This document shows, one piece after another, positions 58,774 to 64,000 of a stretch of DNA of 64,000 nt. Under the pieces are notes generated by a model. That model was not told the DNA's origin and did not search any database. It saw nothing but the letters and a program-made list of their open reading frames with translations. Source of the stretch: Candidatus Latescibacterota bacterium. GTDB lineage: Bacteria; Latescibacterota; CBDEFO01. Position 1 is the stretch's first letter. Each line of letters opens with the position of its first letter. The position numbers and the translations under genes were made by a program. The stretch covers positions 1,056,001 through 1,120,000 of the forward strand of contig OZ252149.1 in NCBI GenBank assembly GCA_965248755.1. Reading direction: 5' to 3'.

Positions 58774-60312
58774 ATGAATCAACTCTCTGTTTGGGACTAC
58801 TTCGTTATTGTGGGGTATTTGATCGGTGTACTTGTGCTTGCCATCGTGTGTTCCGGTCGGCAAAAGTCACTGAAGGAGTACTTCCTCGCCAGCGGCTCTC
58901 TACCCTGGTGGGCGGTTGCACTGTCGTTATACGCTACCACAACGAGCCCGATTAGTTTTCTGGGAATATGCGGCTGGATATACCAGAAGGACAGCCGATG
59001 GTTTTTCGGCTCTACCTTGCTGGTCATGGTCAGCCTGCCCCTTGCAGCATATTTCTGGGTTCCTATCTGGGAACGACTGCGGATGTTGTCTATCTATGAG
59101 TATCTGGAGCGACGTTTCCACCCGGGGCTGCGCACCTTTGGCGCCACGATATTCCCGATTCAGATGATCTTCTGGGTTGGCAATGGTCTGGTGGCTGCCT
59201 CGATGGCATTCAATGCAGTGACTGGCGTGCCGGTCGTGTATTGCCTCTTTGGAATCGTTGTATTGGGTACAGCTTACACCATGCTTGGTGGCTCACGCGC
59301 GGTCATCTGGACTGATGTTGCTCAGGCGACTATTTTCGTCTTTGCCTACATCGTGATAGGGTTGTTGTTACTTAAATACTTTAACTGGCAACCAACGGAA
59401 ATCTACAACATCGCTTCCTCTGTGATATCCGAAGAATCAGGCTATCCAAAGACAAAACTCTTTTCCGCTGAATTCAGCCTGCACGTGGAAGCGACGATAT
59501 GGGCCATCTTGCTGTCAAAGATAGTGGAAGTGTTCATGTTCGGTTCCAATCAAGTCCGCATTCAGCGACTAATGGCGACAGGCACAAAGCGAAATATGTT
59601 CAAGGCGCTCGTAGGACTCGCAGGTGTCGAGGTGATCTTTATGCTCCTGGCTGTGTCCGTTGCCTGGGGATTTATCGCGTATTACCAGGTGAATCCGGAG
59701 GCCAAGGCGGTGATCACACAGGCCGACGAGGTGATGGCCCGCTATGTCGTCGGTCATCTGCCGATTCTGGTGCGGGGTGTGATTATGGCGGGCTTGTTGG
59801 CGGCGATGATGTCCACATTTGACTCGGCGGTGAACTCGATGAGCAGCATAACGATCAGCGACTTTTACAAGCGGTATTTAGTGCGCAGTGCCTCTGAAAA
59901 GCATTATGTATCCTGTTCTCGCTACGTCACGCTCGGTTGGGGCCTCCTGGTGCTGCTCTTTGCTCTGTGGCAAAGTGGTCACAGCGATACAACAGTACTT
60001 GAACGAATGGGCAAGCTCAACCTCCTAGTTCTACCCGCGATGGGTGTTTTCTTTATCCTCGGCGTCTTCACAAAGCGCTGCAACACAGCTGGGGTGCTGA
60101 TCGGCGCATTTGCAGCAGTCTTGCTGGCATTGAGTTTCAGCGGATTTCCAGGACTTATGAAACCGTGGATAGACCCCGATGCGCTTTCTATCAACTGGGT
60201 CTGGCTCGATGGACTCTGCACGGTCACAGGTTGCCTGACAGGCTATCTAGCGAGCCTGCTCTTTCGCGCACCTCCTGAAGACAAATTGAAGGAACTCACG
60301 GTTTACGCGTAA
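58774..60312 (+). CDS. Sodium:solute symporter (SSS; SiaT-like clade possible)
   Basis: EYFLAS, SIYEYLERRF, GGSRAVIWTD, AAMMSTFDS. Confidence 0.92.
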   Translation: MNQLSVWDYFVIVGYLIGVLVLAIVCSGRQKSLKEYFLASGSLPWWAVALSLYATTTSPISFLGICGWIYQKDSRWFFGSTLLVMVSLPLAAYFWVPIWERLRMLSIYEYLERRFHPGLRTFGATIFPIQMIFWVGNGLVAASMAFNAVTGVPVVYCLFGIVVLGTAYTMLGGSRAVIWTDVAQATIFVFAYIVIGLLLLKYFNWQPTEIYNIASSVISEESGYPKTKLFSAEFSLHVEATIWAILLSKIVEVFMFGSNQVRIQRLMATGTKRNMFKALVGLAGVEVIFMLLAVSVAWGFIAYYQVNPEAKAVITQADEVMARYVVGHLPILVRGVIMAGLLAAMMSTFDSAVNSMSSITISDFYKRYLVRSASEKHYVSCSRYVTLGWGLLVLLFALWQSGHSDTTVLERMGKLNLLVLPAMGVFFILGVFTKRCNTAGVLIGAFAAVLLALSFSGFPGLMKPWIDPDALSINWVWLDGLCTVTGCLTGYLASLLFRAPPEDKLKELTVYA

Positions 60313-60341
60313 TCGTTTGATGACCAACTCCTCTAAATCCT

Positions 60342-60403
60342 ATGCAAGCTAAGTCTGACGAAAGGACTACCAATGCAAGCTAAGTCTGATGAAAGGACCA
60401 CCG
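60342..60403 (+). repeat. 2 x 31-bp duplication of the gene start
   Basis: atgcaagctaagtctgaYgaaaggacYacc twice. Confidence 0.9.
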
Positions 60404-62301
60404 AAACTGGTAGGCGCCCGCTTGTCTATCTGAACGACAGCGCACCCGAGTTTGACCTGCCCAAGTACCAGGGAGAGCGATACGAAGCTACCGTTCCGGA
60501 CACCTACGATATTCACGAGCGGGCCCTTGCGGTGCAAAACGTGATGACGCGGGCCGTGGATCGGGACTGGGACTATCAGATGTATTTCCGGGTCGAATTT
60601 GCCTGTAATCCGGCGGTCATGTGGCACGGGCTTGACGACATGTGCCAGCAGAAATATTTGCAGGCCTTGCCGCTGATCCGGCTCATCACCGGCGACGATA
60701 GCAATATGGAGATCGACAGGTCCTGGCTGGAGGCGGCCTTCAAGCAGATTGGCGCCGACGGTCTCAACTACTTTCCTCGGTACCCGTTCGATATTTGGAG
60801 ATTCTCTGCGTTGCTGGAGGATCCGAAAACTGAGCATTTCACCACAGGCTCCGTCAGCTTCCTTCCTCCGTTCGTCCTGCAGCATCTGCTGCGGCCGAAC
60901 GATCTGTGGCTGGAGTATATGCGCCGACAAATTGACGGGCTAAAACTGCTGGCTGTTGATGAAGGAGACTATGCCTACATCCCGTACCGTTTATTCCCTT
61001 ACGGCGGTAACTGGGACGAGCAAAGCCCTGTCCCACCCGGAGGATCCGCAGCATCAGAAGGTATAGGATTCTGCCTGCAAGGTGTTGGGCAGTGCTACCG
61101 TGTGAGCGGATATGAACCCGCTGGTGAACTGGCGCGAAAGATTTGCTATTACCTGAAAGATCACGCGTACCTTTTCGATGCAGAGGGCAAGTTTCTGCCC
61201 AACGATCCGCCCAAGATGAATGAAGGGCAATCTTTTGCGGATATGGGCGGCGGCGGCGAAAGCCATTTTCACGCTCATACGCTCTGTCTGTTGAATATGC
61301 TGGAATACGCCCTGCCTGCCAATGACCAGACACTCCTGGAATTCATTAAGAAGAGTTTTGATTGGGCAAGGGGACAGGGTGAACGAACCCTGATAAAACC
61401 TTCAACACAGCTCTCATCAGCCCAATATGTGTCGGAATGGCATCTGGGATATTTCCCGGAAAACCTTTTCGCAACCTGCCACGAACAAGCCGAGAGCTGT
61501 GAAGTCGCCGACATGATTGGTATCGGGCTGAAGCTGTCAGCATCCGCCTTGGGCGATTACTGGGACGACGTGGACCGGTGGATCCGCAACCAATTTGCCG
61601 AGAATCAACTGATGGACACCCGGTGGGTGCACGAGCTATCGGAGTCTTGTTCGTCCAGTGATCGGCCCATCGACGAGATAACCAGCAATGAGGACGTGAT
61701 TGAGCGCAACCGAGGTTCCTTTTCCGGGTGGGCGATGCCGAACGCCTGGATGGGAGAGGGGCCCTCCAGTCGCACGGGGATTATGCACTGTTGCACAGCA
61801 AACGGCGCCCGCGCCATCTGCTACATCTGGGAGCACATCCTACACTATGAGAGCGGCAACTTGCGGGTGAATCTGCTGATGAACCGAGCCTCCCGCTGGG
61901 CTGATGTTGACAGTCATATTCCGTACCAGGGCCAAGTGGATATTCGAGTCAAAGAGACCCTGGATCTACAAATCCGGATTCCCAGGTGGACAGATCTGAA
62001 ACAGGTGCGCTGTATGGTCAATGGCACCGAGCGCGCTGTAAGCTCCTTGGGACGCTACCTCCAGACAGGTCAGGTCCGCCCGGGTGATATGGTAACGGTT
62101 AGCTTCCCCATAGCTGAGACAAGCAAACACCTGGAGATCGAAAAGCAACTCTACCACGGCGTGATCCGCGGGGCGGATGTCGTCAACATGGATCCCCCGG
62201 GGGTAAGGGGGCCTTTCTATCAGCGGGACCACTACAGCACTGGCCAGACCCGCTGGCGCAAGGTTCAGCGATTCGCTGCATCCGAGGAAGTGAATTGGTA
62301 G
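60373..62301 (+). CDS. GH127/GH146-like (beta-L-arabinofuranosidase-fold) protein
   Basis: ESCE and HCCTANG motifs; C-terminal PYQG and IRIPRW sandwich motifs. Confidence 0.7.
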   Translation: MQAKSDERTTETGRRPLVYLNDSAPEFDLPKYQGERYEATVPDTYDIHERALAVQNVMTRAVDRDWDYQMYFRVEFACNPAVMWHGLDDMCQQKYLQALPLIRLITGDDSNMEIDRSWLEAAFKQIGADGLNYFPRYPFDIWRFSALLEDPKTEHFTTGSVSFLPPFVLQHLLRPNDLWLEYMRRQIDGLKLLAVDEGDYAYIPYRLFPYGGNWDEQSPVPPGGSAASEGIGFCLQGVGQCYRVSGYEPAGELARKICYYLKDHAYLFDAEGKFLPNDPPKMNEGQSFADMGGGGESHFHAHTLCLLNMLEYALPANDQTLLEFIKKSFDWARGQGERTLIKPSTQLSSAQYVSEWHLGYFPENLFATCHEQAESCEVADMIGIGLKLSASALGDYWDDVDRWIRNQFAENQLMDTRWVHELSESCSSSDRPIDEITSNEDVIERNRGSFSGWAMPNAWMGEGPSSRTGIMHCCTANGARAICYIWEHILHYESGNLRVNLLMNRASRWADVDSHIPYQGQVDIRVKETLDLQIRIPRWTDLKQVRCMVNGTERAVSSLGRYLQTGQVRPGDMVTVSFPIAETSKHLEIEKQLYHGVIRGADVVNMDPPGVRGPFYQRDHYSTGQTRWRKVQRFAASEEVNW

Positions 62302-62442
62302 CCGGAAGATTTACTACCTCCCAGATGCAATGCAACATCTTGCAGTACAAAGTGCTATGAAAAGCTAAATGGCCGTCCGAAATTGGATGGATGGGTTTAA
62401 GTCCGATTGCCCCATCACCCGATTGCTGAGGGCGGAGTAGCT

Positions 62443-62600
62443 AAGCTTATTGGCGGATGGATCGATTGTGACGGCCTTCGGAACCGGCTACCGCAACCAG
62501 GGTTCGAGCAGCCGTGGATGGGACATTGCGCTGGTCTGCTGGCGCACCTGTTCGAAGAGGTTTAATTCTGACCGACATATCGCCGCCGGTAGTACGATTC
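62443..62600 (+). pseudogene. Degenerate C-terminal fragment of a fourth 40319-type gene
   Basis: LLADGSIVTAFGTGYR...DIALVCWRT...NSDRHI. Confidence 0.65.
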
Positions 62601-62867
62601 GAACCCGCACAACGTCATAGTTCAGGATGTCGGCGACTGCACCATCGGAGATACCGCCGATCGTAAGAACCTGCGTGCATGTCACCCTCAGGTTAAGAGA
62701 ACCAAACGGATAATGAATTTTTCGCTGCAGAAGCCCGCTAGATTATGGCGTTTCTTTCACCGAGAGCTTCTTAAGGAATGCTCCGCTGTATTTTAACCTG
62801 GTCATTTGCATTAGAGCACCTCAACGGAGGTTTCTTTAGAACTAGCATATTTCTGAAAGGACTCAAA

Positions 62868-64000
62868 ATGAAGATACCCAGTAACCGCTCACAACAGACA
62901 GCCAAGGACTCAAAGCTCTTTCCGCACCTGGCCGCTTGGCTCAACGCTGATAAGCAAGACTACGTCGGGCCGAATTTCCTGTCCGTCTTCCCCGAATGCA
63001 TTCACCCGGTTAGGGAAAAGCTGGCGGGTGATCCGCACCGACCCGGGTACCACTTCCTGCCACCGACTGGCTACGGGTGGGACGTGGAGGGACCGATTCA
63101 GTTCGACGGACGATACCACTTGTTCTATCTTATCACACCCCACGGTGCGAAGCCCTCGGGTCTGAGCCAATGCTGGGGGCACGCCGTCAGCGAGGACCTG
63201 GTTCACTGGCGCGACCTTCCCATAGCACTGGCGCCGCAGGATGAGAACGGCCCTCATGGCTATGACAACGCCGGGATCTATACCGGCTCGACGGTGATCA
63301 ATAACGGCGTGCCCACCATCATATACACTTCGCCCAGAATCGGCGGCAAGAGTATAGCCACAAGTGACGACGCCATGGTCACCTGGAAGCGCCACCCTGA
63401 TAACCCCGTGATCCCGGCAAGGGGCGCCGATGGAGAGCGTCTTAACCTGGATGTGTTCGCCTGGTGGGACGAGGACGATCAGACCTGGTACGCGCTGATC
63501 GGTGGGCTGGCCGGCGATGCGCAGAACGACGCCGGGCAGAACGTCGGCACTACCTATCTCTTCCAATCCGACGATCTGGTGAACTGGAGATACCTCAACC
63601 CTCTGCTGAAAGGCAAATCACCCGCCGTCTCCGGCGAACAGTGGGACATGTCGCACATGTTTAAGTTAGGCGATAAACACGTGTTGCTGATCACCGCCTA
63701 CCAGCCGGAGAAGGCAAGAATAAACCCGGCTTTCGATATGACGAGGGAGTTGGGATGGGTCGGCCGCTTTTCGGATCATCGTTTCATCCCCGAATCCGAA
63801 GCGTTTGTTCTGGACCCCGGGGGCTACTATGGCTGTGCGATGAGCTTCGAGGATGACAAGAATAGGCACATCATCTTCGGGTTGGTCTGGGAGGGTAACA
63901 GCCCGTGGTGCCGCGCCAGAGACGAAGCGGCAGACCTGGGACAGGAGAATGAGCAGCCCTCCAAGGAGGATCCGGAGAACAAAACGCCCATCGAGTGGTG
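62868..64000 (+). CDS. GH32-like five-bladed propeller, runs off the window (not in ORF track)
   Basis: AAAGGA RBS; DPHRPGYHF, YHLFY, WGHAVSEDLVHW, YTGS, SDDLVNW. Confidence 0.85.
   Translation, partial: MKIPSNRSQQTAKDSKLFPHLAAWLNADKQDYVGPNFLSVFPECIHPVREKLAGDPHRPGYHFLPPTGYGWDVEGPIQFDGRYHLFYLITPHGAKPSGLSQCWGHAVSEDLVHWRDLPIALAPQDENGPHGYDNAGIYTGSTVINNGVPTIIYTSPRIGGKSIATSDDAMVTWKRHPDNPVIPARGADGERLNLDVFAWWDEDDQTWYALIGGLAGDAQNDAGQNVGTTYLFQSDDLVNWRYLNPLLKGKSPAVSGEQWDMSHMFKLGDKHVLLITAYQPEKARINPAFDMTRELGWVGRFSDHRFIPESEAFVLDPGGYYGCAMSFEDDKNRHIIFGLVWEGNSPWCRARDEAADLGQENEQPSKEDPENKTPIEW

Overview
64-kb bacterial window from a diderm (lipid A acyltransferase, outer-membrane barrels). The gene content is reminiscent of FCB/Latescibacterota-type genomes, which is inference only. 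Left half (1-31.5 kb): housekeeping genes (double-domain amidase, pfkB kinase, hflKC, coaE, tpiA), a duplicated DUF4159 locus, an internally deleted recG, an ABC exporter + DUF1854 pair with two unannotated tandem peptide genes upstream, a CitE-type lyase + SucCD-like trio, and two near-identical 1626-bp IS1380 copies. It also holds a CsoR-controlled envelope metal-trafficking operon whose MerT-like permease has an in-frame UGA at the CC motif followed by a SECIS-like hairpin (probable selenoprotein). A tRNA-Ala 3' fragment at 31531-31563 marks the probable edge of an island filling the right half. The island carries dinB and a catabolic cluster (MDR dehydrogenase, HpcH aldolase, DegT aminotransferase, Gfo/Idh/MocA, P450, FG-GAP protein, SSS symporter, GH127-like, atypical GH32). 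It also has many non-canonical Asp-box (sialidase-fold) proteins, including four tandem mosaic paralogs, one of which (copy B) is preceded by an unrecognised ~140-nt structured leader RNA. No CRISPR array, rRNA or intact tRNA was seen.
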